A stretch of 60,765 bases of DNA, counting the filler, from Dugesia japonica (lineage: Eukaryota), in the NCBI GenBank assembly GCA_001938525.1. It is 5 parts of 5 records of this genome, joined end to end, with 100 filler letters (N's around TTAATTAATTAA, not from the genome) between each part and the next. Parts side by side here need not be neighbours in the genome. Positions count along the whole stretch, not along the records: positions 19,298 to 28,128 come from MQRL01485238.1; positions 28,229 to 49,101 come from MQRL01644109.1; 3 more parts are not named here. One strand, written 5' to 3'. Within the stretch, counting starts at the first letter, position 1. The number at the start of each line of letters is the position of its first letter. The notes below the pieces were generated by a model. That model saw only the letters and a list, made by a program, of their open reading frames with translations. It did not search any database and was not told the DNA's origin. A program made the translations under genes and the position numbers. Shown in pieces: positions 24,542 to 35,530 of this stretch.

Positions 24542-26014
24542 TTAATTAATTTTATTATATTCATCAAATCTTTTACTTTTATCCATAACATAATCCAATT
24601 CTGTATCACTCTCATCAGCGTTTTGAAATAATTTTCTATTTTTCGTTTCATAGGGTAAAAAAATACCGGATATACTACTCATAATATTTACACAGAAAAA
24701 TATCAATGAAACTGTAAATAAGGAATATTTGATCATTAAAATATTAACGACAAATGATGAAAGTATTCCACCTAATTTTGCAGCAGAATTACAAATTCCA
24801 AATCCAATACTTCTAACAGTTGTTGGGAATACTTCCTCTGTATAAATGTAAGCCAAATTATAAACAATAAAAGCTGATCCTCTGAGAATCAATAAAAGAA
24901 TACTTAAAGCCACCGACGGCATACAAACATTTAAAAGTAAAAAACAAACAGAAACAATCAATGACAAAATAAAAAGACAAAGTTTCCTTCCGAACATATT
25001 AATCAATATAAATGTTATTAACATAAAAATGAGTTCACCCGTTGTGGAAATATAGGAATCTTTAATCGTCTGCCATGAAATTTGTAAACAACAGGAATTA
25101 TCATTTGATGAATTACTTTGATATAATAAAGGAACATTAATAAAATTAAAATTTCTAATGCACTGTCGTGGAAATTCGTTAATTTGCGAAATCAATAAAA
25201 TAATCCCATAATACGTTAATCCATCTGTGAACCATATATAAAACGTTATAAAAGTTGTAGATAAATACTTTTTATGAAGTAAATCTTTTATTGATGAATT
25301 AACTTTAACGGCTTCGTCAACATCTATGATTTTTACAGAATTATTTAATTTCGCCATTTTATTTAGAATAACTACAGCTTCATTTTTACGATTGTTTAAT
25401 AATAAAAATCTCGGAGATTCTGGTATCCAAAATACAAAAGGCGTTATTATCATGAAAGGTAAAATCGAAATTAATAAAAACCACCTCCAACCATAAATTG
25501 GAATGATAAAATAAGCATTAGTTATCACATAATATTCTCCGATAACCCAAGATCCCAATAAGACAGTAATTAAATTACCCCGCTGTTTACTTGACAAAAG
25601 TTCTGTAACCAATGTAAATAAAGAAACATTAATTCCACCTGAACTAAATCCAATAAAACATCGTAAAAGAATTAACCATTCTATTGTCGGTGTTAGAGCA
25701 CACAATATTCCAATATAGAGAGTACACACACTTGATATCAACATAATTGGTTTTCGNCCAAATTGATCACATAACTTACCGAAAATTAACACACCAAATA
25801 TCAAACCTATAAATAATGAGGTTGTTAGTAATGGTAATTCGACAATATTGATCATCCATTGACACGTTAAAACTGGTCCTAAAAACGATAAAAGCATAGT
25901 TTCTGTTGATACACAAGATTCTAAAAAGCAGCAAATTACAATAAGAATAATTTGAAATTTTCCAAATCCAATTTTATTGATTGAGTTTTCCAATGTTTCA
26001 TATTTAAGTTCCAT
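24542..26014 (-). CDS. MFS transporter, SV2-related (SVOP-like), intronless, 490 aa
   Basis: IGFGKFQ N-terminus, G.LCDQFxRK motif A, GWRW, PESPRFL, FGRK and YTEEVFPTTVRSIGFG; about 12 hydrophobic segments. Confidence 0.9.
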   Translation of the reverse strand: MELKYETLENSINKIGFGKFQIILIVICCFLESCVSTETMLLSFLGPVLTCQWMINIVELPLLTTSLFIGLIFGVLIFGKLCDQFXRKPIMLISSVCTLYIGILCALTPTIEWLILLRCFIGFSSGGINVSLFTLVTELLSSKQRGNLITVLLGSWVIGEYYVITNAYFIIPIYGWRWFLLISILPFMIITPFVFWIPESPRFLLLNNRKNEAVVILNKMAKLNNSVKIIDVDEAVKVNSSIKDLLHKKYLSTTFITFYIWFTDGLTYYGIILLISQINEFPRQCIRNFNFINVPLLYQSNSSNDNSCCLQISWQTIKDSYISTTGELIFMLITFILINMFGRKLCLFILSLIVSVCFLLLNVCMPSVALSILLLILRGSAFIVYNLAYIYTEEVFPTTVRSIGFGICNSAAKLGGILSSFVVNILMIKYSLFTVSLIFFCVNIMSSISGIFLPYETKNRKLFQNADESDTELDYVMDKSKRFDEYNKIN

Positions 26015-26892
26015 TTAAAATATTGATGTTTCTTTATTTTGAATCTACGTTGATTATTTGATACATTGTAATTGTGTGGTTGCATTGCTTGTATTTTTTT
26101 TAGAAATTGAATGATTAACCACAACGCATTAATAATGAATAAATCACTAAATGAGATTTTACAAAAATGAACGCTAGTTTATTTTTATTATGTTATAAAA
26201 TTAATTTATAAAAATATTTTTTGCAATTATTTTCATCTATTATTTCATATTAATTCAATATTAAGTTCTTTATTTTTTATTTCATAATTGTGGTTGAAAG
26301 TTATGAGCATAAATAAATTGAAAACTCCTTAAATGAAAATAAAGTTAGGAAACAAATATCGTTTTAAAAAATTAAATAATCAAAGAAAAGTTAATTCTAC
26401 AAAAGAATTATAAAATTTTATTTGTCTCGGGATACTAATAATTAAATAAGTAAACAAATATTGAAAAAGAAATGTTTTAAATTTCATTAATTAGAAAGAT
26501 TTGCCAATAGATAAGAGAAAATAATAATAGAAAAGAAATCAATGAAATTAGTAACATTGTAAAATATTTAAAAAAGGAAGATACCCAAACAATATAATAT
26601 TGTCAAATTTTAAATGGAAAATGAAAAATTATTGGACAGAATGAATAAACACGATTTTTGAAAAGATTCATAATCGAATAGATTTTTTAAGAATTCAAAA
26701 TTTAAATCCTAACATACAGAAAAATAGTATGCATATGCAATGCTTACGATATATACCATTTTATTATGTAAGTAAAGAATGACAACTAATTACGGAATGA
26801 CTTCATAGGTGTCTAAATTGCATAACTCACAAGATAGCGTAATGGTTTTGTTATAAATATTTCGACTAAGTAGTAAAATAATGACACTTTGT

Positions 26893-27000
26893 CAGTGGTG
26901 GCGAACCTATGGCACGTGGAGCAGTTATTTCGACACGCAGAGCTGGGATGGCGCTAAGAGCAATTTCACAGTGAGTTTAGAATACAGGGTCCAGAAAGCA
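26893..27000 (+). mobile_element. hAT-like terminal fragment
   Basis: CAGTGGTGGCGAACCTATGGCACGTG is a typical hAT (Charlie-like) end; the partner TIR was not found. Confidence 0.45.
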
Positions 27001-27344
27001 CTTTTCACTTTTAATTGTAAGTTCATTTTGATTATTTCTTCGCACTGAAAAGAAAATAACAATTAAAAAATATAAAAAGAGATGTGTTCCTTATGAATTT
27101 TTTAGTTAAGCAAACCACATTAACTTTATCAAATACTACAATTATACAAAACAATAGGTCCTATGTACTTGTTCCGTAATCACTAGAAATTAAATTTATG
27201 TTGGACTTTATCGCAATTAATGAATTTTTGATTAAATTGTTGGGTTGGAACAAGAGGCCAAAAGAAAAGATAAAAAAGCAGAGGTAACATTGACACGTCA
27301 GACCAGGGAGCAAGATGAAATTGTTGTGTGAAAAAGAAGTAGTT

Positions 27345-27685
27345 ACTTATGTAATGTTTACAGAGGTGTGAAATTTAAGGAGGCAAATATCTTTAAGAAT
27401 TACATAGATATGAACAAATAGCTAAGATTACACAGTAAAATCGAATTTGACACGAACTATTATAAGCTATTAAATAATAGTCTTTATAGAAAAGGCGTGG
27501 AAAGTCTTAAGAAAAAAATAAATCTAATGATCTGTAATTCAGCTAAAACGCTGATTACTTACACATCAAATCCAGGATTTGAAAGGATTATGAAAATAGA
27601 CAACGATTTAATAGTTGTTTAACTCAACAATGAGTTGATATGTTTGAATAAACTTAACTACAATGGTCAAACATTGTTAGACCTT
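27345..27685 (+). mobile_element. Second Polinton pPolB fragment (motif B region), from a different family member
   Basis: IFKNYIDMNK*LR..EFDTNYYKLLNNSLYRKGVESLKKKINLMICN..TYTSNP..ICLNKLNYNGQTLLDL, colinear with 23050-23350. Confidence 0.8.
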
Positions 27686-27840
27686 ATTAGCCTTCAGTGT
27701 ACTACATAATTTCGTTTTGGATAACGCATTAACAAAAATTTCTTCACTTTACTATCTGGAGAGCTTTGATGTTCAGGCGCTACCGGTAGATCATTCAAAT
27801 AATTATGGATCTTATTTAAAATCATCATATCCATATAGGT

Positions 27841-28128
27841 AGTAGGAAGAGAGAAGTCGAGGACAAAAATGGTGGGAGGAGGCGCACGATAACTTAAAAA
27901 TGAAAAGCGTAGTCATGGCAACGGTCGCGAAAATGGAAAAATTGATTTTGCGCGGTAACTAATGGCGATGGCGCGCGGAAACTGATTGCTTAATGTGTAT
28001 CTGAGGTAGCCGTATCTATGCCAATGGTTGTCATGGCAATTTAAAAATCTTTTGAATTTTTTTTGAATTTTTTCTAAAAAAATAAAATAATTTTTTTCGA
28101 TTTTCAAAACTTTTCAAATCTGAAAAAA
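27841..28128 (+). mobile_element. Probable Polinton terminal-repeat fragment
   Basis: Begins AGTAGGAAGAGAG (AG-rich end typical of Polinton TIRs) and contains GGCGCAC like 32713 and 33515. It is a GC-rich non-coding block next to a pPolB fragment. Confidence 0.4.
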
Positions 28129-28228
28129 NNNNNNNNNNNNNNNNNNNNNNNNNNNNNNNNNNNNNNNNNNNNTTAATTAATTAANNNNNNNNNNNNNNNN
28201 NNNNNNNNNNNNNNNNNNNNNNNNNNNN
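28129..28228. other. Artificial scaffold spacer
   Basis: 44N-TTAATTAATTAA-44N. Confidence 0.95.
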
Positions 28229-28230
28229 AA

Positions 28231-28654
28231 AATATCATACAATCTCTCTTAGAATCGACAATTGATTTAATGAAAGAATGTAGAAACATGCAGATTTCGG
28301 AAAACTCTGAAGAAAAATTTAAAATTAAAGTTGATGAAGTTATTAATAACAAGAACGCATTAATAAAGGTTAACTTTCTTTGTTTATAAATTAATACTTT
28401 TGTAGATTATTAAAGAAGTAGATTCGTATGCACCACAAAATTCATCTTTTAGTAAATTATCAATTAATTATGAATCTGTTCCTATGAAAAAGACGGCAAT
28501 AATTATTGAGTATGAAGATTTATTAGCGGTTAAAATCAATAGTTTAAAGGAACTGAGAAATGATCTTAGAGATCTTCAATATTTATTGAACTGTGGAGCG
28601 GATGTTAATGCATATATCTGTAGTAAAGATCCCACAAATCACACAATGTTTTGA
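28231..28654 (+). CDS. MED30: Spliced gene missed by the ORF track, probable Mediator subunit 30 (5' end cut by the spacer)
   Basis: Exons 28231-28368 and 28406-28654 with a 37-bp GT-AG intron, in frame. IQSLLESTIDLMKECRNMQI resembles MED30 VQDIVxRTMEIFQxLRNMQL; KINSLKELRNDLRDLQYLLN resembles KNxQLKxIxDxLRNxIWDIN. Confidence 0.55.
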
Positions 28655-28899
28655 TAAAGTTTAAAGTTTCAAATTTATAAATTTCTAACAAAACTAAATG
28701 TTGTTAATAATTTACATATTTTATAGATGTGATTTGATTTTTAGTAACATTTTTTCTAACTAAATCTGTATTTTCATATTCTGGTGATGCATACAAATTG
28801 ATATACTAATTTTAATAAAATAATGTTATTGAATAATTTTGGCATCATTAACTTCAAATATCAAATGAGTATGTCGAGAACACACAAATTGAATTCCAA

Positions 28900-29790
28900 G
28901 AGCATAATGCCCACAGGGTGAAACCAGAGAATGTTGGACATGTCACGGAGCAGGTAATTTGAGCAGCAATTATGTAGTGAAAAGGAAAATGATATGTTAC
29001 GGATGTGGAGAACCTCGCCATATGAGACGAAATTGCGTGAAAGGGAAATGTTTTCGGTGTTGCGTAAAGGGTCATAGAGCAACAGAATGTCGAGTAAATT
29101 GGAAAACAGATCAGGGGAGGGATAAAAGGTACAACGGTTTCAGTATGGAAACCGATACAATTACGTCAATGAGATTGAATCAGATGAAGAAGTCAAGAAC
29201 GCGGAAGAGTTGGAGTTTGAAGACGAGAGAACACAATACCCATATGGAGAGGCTCTATCAAGAGAGGAGTTGGTGGGAGCTAAGCATTGTTAGAGACGAT
29301 CGGATATTATCCTCAGGTGGTAGAGAACTGGAAGAACAAAGGAAATAATAGTTAGATTGTGTATAGATTTTAAAAGAGAGATAACTTTCAACAGGAAATA
29401 GAATTGATTGCAGTGCTAACAGATCGACATCAAATATATATTAAATTTGACAGACTACAAGGCAGACCTAGTGTAACAGTATGCATCCAAGGTGTAGAAG
29501 TAGAATGTTTATTGGATACAGGGGCTCGTATCAACGTGATGGATGAGAAGGTCTTAAAAAATTGGCCTACAACAAGAATGGAATGGAGTGCAGATAAATT
29601 AAGGTGCTAAAATGGTAGTGTATTGATAACGAAAGGTAAAGTTCGGTTGAAAGTAAAATCAGGAGTAAATATTAAGCAGGTGAAATTTGTAGTAGTTGAA
29701 AATGTATGTCCAAATATTATCGCGGATATTAACTTTCAAAGTGTTTTTGGATTCCGATTACGCCAAGAAATAAAATCGGTAGACAGATGA
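28900..29790 (+). mobile_element. Ty3/Gypsy remnant: gag zinc knuckles plus aspartic protease
   Basis: Two CCHC knuckles (CYGCGEPRHMRRNC, CFRCCVKGHRATEC) and LLDTGARINV. Confidence 0.85.
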
Positions 29791-30520
29791 GGTACAGATA
29801 TGGTACTTTGACCATATTAGAAAACGTGCAGATCGATGGCAGAAATTGGTGAATAATGATGGATTGTACTTTATTAGTTATCATTTTTAAATACCATAAA
29901 TTATTGTTTTTCTATTTGATCAGTTGAAACAGAAACTTTGAGAGAAACTAATAAATTAAAAGGTGAAATATAAGTTTCAATTCAAATCAGACATTGCTTT
30001 TCACCACTATTACTATTTTACTCATAGACTAAATTGATGTTGCAACTTAATAAAGTTTCTAAATGGAAAAATATTAATAACAAAGAAAAGTGTTTTGAAA
30101 TAAATATAATTAAAGGCAATCAAGACAAAAATAAAAGATTTACAAACTAAATTGGAAACATTATTTTCACACACAATAATTAATAAGGTTAGACAGCTTA
30201 AAAGATTCATGAGTTGAAAGAAGAATGTATTTGTAGTTTATTAATTTCAAAAAGAATGTTTTAAGAAAATTATTTATTTTCTAAAAATAAAAAATTAATT
30301 AAATAACTTTTTTAAATATGTACTTGTTAATGTATGCTTATTTTACTATAATTTATATTGCAAATTAGAAAAAAGTTGGAAGTATATTTGGAATAAAAAT
30401 TTATTATCCCTACTTTTACTGTTGAAAATAAAAAAACTAAATATATTTTAAAATTTCATCAATTTGCAATTTATTTGTTTTAATATTATATAATTAAGAT
30501 CAAATTTAATCAAATTTATT

Positions 30521-31244
30521 ATGTCTGATAATGAATTAGATGAAGAAATTCAAGTTGTAACTACTTCAACTGTAAACAAATTTAGAAGAATCCGTCAGCA
30601 CACGATTGAAGTAAGTAATTAATTTTATTTAATAGTTGTTGAATTTTTGTAGATGTTGACTGATCGTGGATATAAAATTGAAAATATTTACACAACAGAT
30701 GATTCTTTTAGGATGACATTTTTAAATCAAAATATTAGAGATTTAGATATTTTTTGTGAAAATAATAATCATGAAAATATTTATGTATTATTCGTCGGTA
30801 ATAAAGTGAAGAAATCTAATGTTGTTAATCATTTATCTTTTCTTTGTGAAAAGAAGTATAACGCAGCCATATTGATTCATGAAAACCCATTTCCTTCAAT
30901 GAGTTATAATAAAATAGCAGAAATGAACTATAATAAAATAATATCTATCCAAACTTTTCTAGAAGAGGAATTAGTAATAAATGTTACACATCATGAATTA
31001 GTACCAAAACACACACTTTTAAATGAGAATGAAAAGAAATTAATCCTTGAAAAATAGTAAAAAGATTTAATTTTTCATAAATAATTAAACCATTTTTAGT
31101 CAAGCCACAGAAATCCAGATTCCAAAAATATCAATTAATGATCCGATTTCTAAGTATTATAATGCATCTAGAAATCAAATGTTTCACATTATTCGCATTT
31201 ATGAAGATGACGAAGAATATCATTGCTACAGAATTGTTTTTTAA
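30521..31244 (+). CDS. RPB5: RNA polymerase subunit RPB5-like protein (divergent), 212 aa, three exons
   Basis: Exons 30521-30610, 30653-31056 and 31100-31244 (introns of 42 and 43 bp, phases consistent). Motifs RIRQHTIEMLTDRGY, FLEEELVINVTHHELVPKH, IPKISINDPISKY and YRIV. Confidence 0.9.
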
Positions 31245-32279
31245 TAAACAGTTTTTGTTTCTTTTTGAAATATTTGATTAATAATATAATATTGATTTCT
31301 AATAAAATCAATATAAATTATATATTCGTTGTATTAATGAAAAAATTGTCAATTAATTGCATATATTATTAGGAGTTTCGAATAAATTTGTAAAAAACAG
31401 GAAATGTTACCAAATTCTTTTTGATGCTGTCTCTATATATTTGAGAATCAAAAATATTAACATAATTCGTTTAATCCGGAAATTAATAACTATTTTAATG
31501 TAACAGATTGACATTTACATTGAATGGACAACGTCTAAAATGAACAAAATTCACTATCCAATAGAAATCAAATATAATTTCTCCAGAATTAGTATTGCAA
31601 ACTGTCATTGATTGGTTACCAATATGTTTCATTTGCAAATAGTGTCGAAATTTAAAAAAAATGGGAAGCTGAAGGAAAAATAGTTAAATTAAATAAATAT
31701 GCAATACAACTTCAAGAAGTAGTAAAAATCTATTTGTAATTATTGACTGATATTAGTGAACGATTTTCATTAATATTATTTATTGTTTACTACCGCCAAT
31801 TTTTAAGAATTTCTCTTTACGTATTAAATGTTTCATTTTTTAAATTATGTAAATAATTCAATAATCAGATTGATGACAATTTTCCCGCTACACAGTGACG
31901 CGTGCCTGTTGCAGGATTAGAATTCACACACTAGTCCGTATTAGACAAATGGATATTCAAAATAATCGTGTTAAAATTTAACATAAACTATAGAAATATT
32001 TATATACTTTATTGTGATATTTATTATTATCTAACTGTAAATGGAATTCAACACCACATGTAAGAACAAAGATGCGACATGATGGATTATTGAGTTCAAT
32101 GATTTGATCAAATTTCCTACTTCTATTAATATTAATAATTCTTTTTATGATAGAAGCCTCAATTTACAGCCTTAACTGCCAAGTATTAAGAATGATACTA
32201 AAGTTACCAAAATGCAACTAAAACAACTGGTATAAATCAATCAAAATTGAACTACTCACAACAGTATAAACGTAATATC

Positions 32280-32640
32280 TCACCTCAGACAATATTATAT
32301 ATAACAATCAGTTATATAAACAGAAGAAAGGTTGAGCTATGAGCAATATCCCTAGCACTTATCCCAAATTATTTACATGGATCACATTAAAAAAGAAATC
32401 ATTTATAAAGAAAATAATAAAATCAAATTTTGAGTAAGATACTTAGATAACATCTTCATTACCAATACTTCTTAATATAGGCAACAAAAACATAACATCT
32501 AATTCACATTACAAGAAGCAATAGATTAACAAATATCTTTCCTTGACACATTCATACTGAAAGAACCTAATCAAATGGGACTAGCAAACTATACATGAAA
32601 CCATTTCACAGCAGATTGATATTACCGCGGAGCGGCAACA
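32280..32640 (+). mobile_element. Penelope-like reverse transcriptase remnant
   Basis: QKKG*AMSN (QxxGLAMG), IYMDHI, RYLDNIFI (YxDD), ISFLDTFI and YMKPFHS occur in PLE order. Confidence 0.7.
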
Positions 32641-32712
32641 TCTAACAAAGAAATAAATCAGTAGCATTTGAGCTACTAATAAATAAATTTGACCGAAATG
32701 ATTATCCAGAAC

Positions 32713-34090
32713 TAGGTAGATAGTGGCGCACTGGAACACAGACTTTTTTCAAACCCCCCCTTTTTTTTCTGGCCGATTTTTTTTTTGCCTTTTTTCTGAT
32801 TTTTCAAAAGCAGGTCAAGGTCAAGTTTGGAAATTGCTATGCCAACGAAATTGAAATGGTTGGATGCGCAATGAGACGGTCAACAAGATGGTGTCTTAAA
32901 ATTTGTATTCTAATTCATAGGTGAAAAGTTATTTAATATTTGAACAACAAAAACGGCCTATAGGCGCTATTTTGAATTTTACAAAGTTGTACTATATACT
33001 ATTGGATAGACAATTAAAAACTGTCTATACACTACATAAAGGACTACTATCGTAGAGCGCTTTGTTTTCGCAGTATTTTGAAAAAAACTTATAAAGACCC
33101 CCCTGCGTGGCTAAAATAAAGATGCTATGAAAACGATTTTTTCCAGTATGATGCAAAATTAAATTCTAAAATTAAATTGTAGGACATAAATTTAAAACGT
33201 TATTAAGGTTTTAAAATTTTAAAGTTTTTTAAAAAGGCGCCAGTTTAAATTTTTTCCATTATAGTTGTTGTGATTTTGGTATTATTCAATAGAGAATTGA
33301 AAGAAGTATATATTCATTAAAAATTAAATTCTAAAAATATGGTTTCCTAGCAGTAAAATTAAAAAAACCAGAAATTTAAAAATTTGGGGGGTGGTTATAA
33401 TTTTTGAGTTGTAACTTATATCATCTGAAATGAAATCGAAAAGTACCTATACATTGCTTAAAGGACTAGTATCGAAAAATGGTTGCTTCATGGTATAAAT
33501 TGCGATTACAGTGTAGTAGGTAGATAGTGGCGCACTGGAACAAAGACTTTTTAAAATTTAAAATATTGAATTTAAAAGACGAATATACATGCTATGATAA
33601 CAAAATTGATATCTTTGGAATTTTAATGAAATGATGGACATAACTGTCATCTCGGAATTTTATCCCGACGTAATGGTGAGGATTTTTGAAAAAGATTTTA
33701 AAATTTAAATTGTAAATACCTTGTACAGGTGTGGAATGTTAATATCTTGACTCGATTTTGATATTATCTGATAGAGAATTAAAAAAACTATCTATATATT
33801 GTTGAATAAACTGATATCAAAATACATGCTTTACGAGAAAATCAAAGAACAAAGAAATTAAAAATTTTTAAAAATGGTTTATTGGTATCATTTCACTATC
33901 AAAGTATCTTATCTTAGAAAGTATCTTATCAAAGAAATCTTATATCATTTGAATCGCAATGAGATTACAGATACAACTGTCATGTTTTCAACTCAGTGTC
34001 ATGATTTTTTAAATTCTTTTTTTTAATTTTATTTTAGTTTATTTCTTTTTAAAATTTTTTTTCAATTTTTTTTATTTTAAAATTTTTTTT
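32713..34090 (+). mobile_element. Two tandem Polinton-like terminal-repeat blocks with internal subrepeats
   Basis: TAGGTAGATAGTGGCGCACTGGAACA at 32713 and 33517 (the second preceded by AG, giving AGTAGG). Recurring ATAGAGAATTAAAAA..CTATAC..GGACTA subrepeats. Abuts the capsid remnant. Confidence 0.5.
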
Positions 34091-34099
34091 TAATTTTTA

Positions 34100-34775
34100 T
34101 TTCTTATTTAATGCCAATTGATGACCAGCCAATACTGATGGTTCAACGCGTACACGTCTAACCATTAATTTTGCATCGAGTAATAATAATTTAGGTTCAT
34201 TGGCTGCAGATTCCTAACAAATGTTAGCATCTGCTCTTTTCAATCGAATGTGAACATTGACACCTGAAATAAGATATTTCGGTTGATCCATAAAGTCAAG
34301 TTGCAATGAACCGCATAGAAATAATGATTTAGATAATTTTAAAGAATTTTTTCTATTATCTTCTGATCACTATCCCATAGCTGTGAGACAAATATTTTTA
34401 CTGTCGTCGTTATAATTCAATATAGTTTCAATCAATGCTTTTTGAATATAGATTCCATTTCCACCTTCAATTTTGAAATTATTAAACGAAAGAATTACAT
34501 TCTTAAAAGCATATGAAACATATAGTTACTAGGAATCGCATCATGTTTGTCAGTCAAATCGTTGCCTGCCTTTCAAGTACTTTCACTTTAATATACAATA
34601 AAGTATCATTCAAATCCAAATATTCAGTTTGAGATCCATTTATATAAAATTCTNNNNNNCTTTTTGAATCAGAAATTGAATTCATTGGAAACACATCTTC
34701 AAACGCAGCATTTTTAATAACTGCTTGAGGTGATGGACGATCCAAAATACATAATTCAGTTTTACCGGAAATCAT
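34100..34775 (-). mobile_element. Polinton major capsid protein (PY, double jelly-roll), N-terminal half, pseudogenised
   Basis: MISGKTELCILDRPSPQ..FPMNSI..EFYINGSQTEYLDLNDTLLYIKVKV, then YIQKALIETILNYN and LCGSLQLDFMDQPKYLISGVNVHIRLKR. The upstream frame ends in a basic tail (KRMRGHGTIFE) that abuts the ATG. Confidence 0.8.
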
Positions 34776-34989
34776 TTTCAAAGATTGTTCCATGTCCTCT
34801 CATTCGTTTGTTTATATGTGATGCATTTGATTGTTTACGTTTTTTATTAATTTTTTGCAGTGGCATGTTATCATATTACTTATTTCCGATGGAATTTTAT
34901 TTTTTATACTAGATGATAACATGTTTGCTACTTTTGGGATCATATTAGTTACTCCCCTAGGTAACGATTCGTGTTGAAATGTCTTTGTT

Positions 34990-35530
34990 CTGGACTTCTG
35001 CGAACGGCATCTCTGTAGTTACGAACTACATTTATTTCTTCAGTTTTTACTTCGTCTTGTATGTCTTCCCATTCTTTTATTGCATTAAATACATCGTCTA
35101 CTTTTTCTATTTTTCCTGATTTGATTTTTTTGTTTAATCTTTCTGTCGTTGAAACTATTCATTATTAGCTCTTTTGTTAAGTCCTCTTTGTTCCATTTAT
35201 GAGCCATCAACTTTTCTACCAATCCTTCAATCTTCTTCTTATAGATATTTATGTGCTCTTCATTCCTTCGATAATTTAGAGCTTCCTCCATATCTTTAAT
35301 CATTGTTGATGGTCTAAAAAAAGCCTTTCTGAATCTTTCTTCAAATTCCAATGATTTGCCTTCATTTTCATAGATTTGACGCAGTTCTTTATCTATGAAA
35401 GCAACTACAATCTAACTCCTTTGGCCTTTCTTTATTCCGGTTATATCAAAATATTTCGTTGTCTTCAAAATAAATTTTTCGACATCATCACCTGATTTGA
35501 AAATTCCAGGACTCATGGATTGTTGCATTT
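34990..35530 (-). mobile_element. Gypsy gag N-terminal remnant
   Basis: MQQSMSPGIFKSGDDVEKFILKTTKYFD..FEERFRKAF..ALNYRR..YKKKIEGLVEK, a retrotransposon gag-like helical pattern. Confidence 0.55.

Noticed and set aside
29860-30250. Coiled-coil-like exon fragments after the Gypsy protease; also 31340-31720
   Set aside because: Stops and frameshifts, and no recognisable family.
28231-31244. MED30 plus RPB5 as a transcription-machinery gene cluster
   Set aside because: Only two genes, separated by a Gypsy remnant; proximity alone is weak evidence without synteny data.
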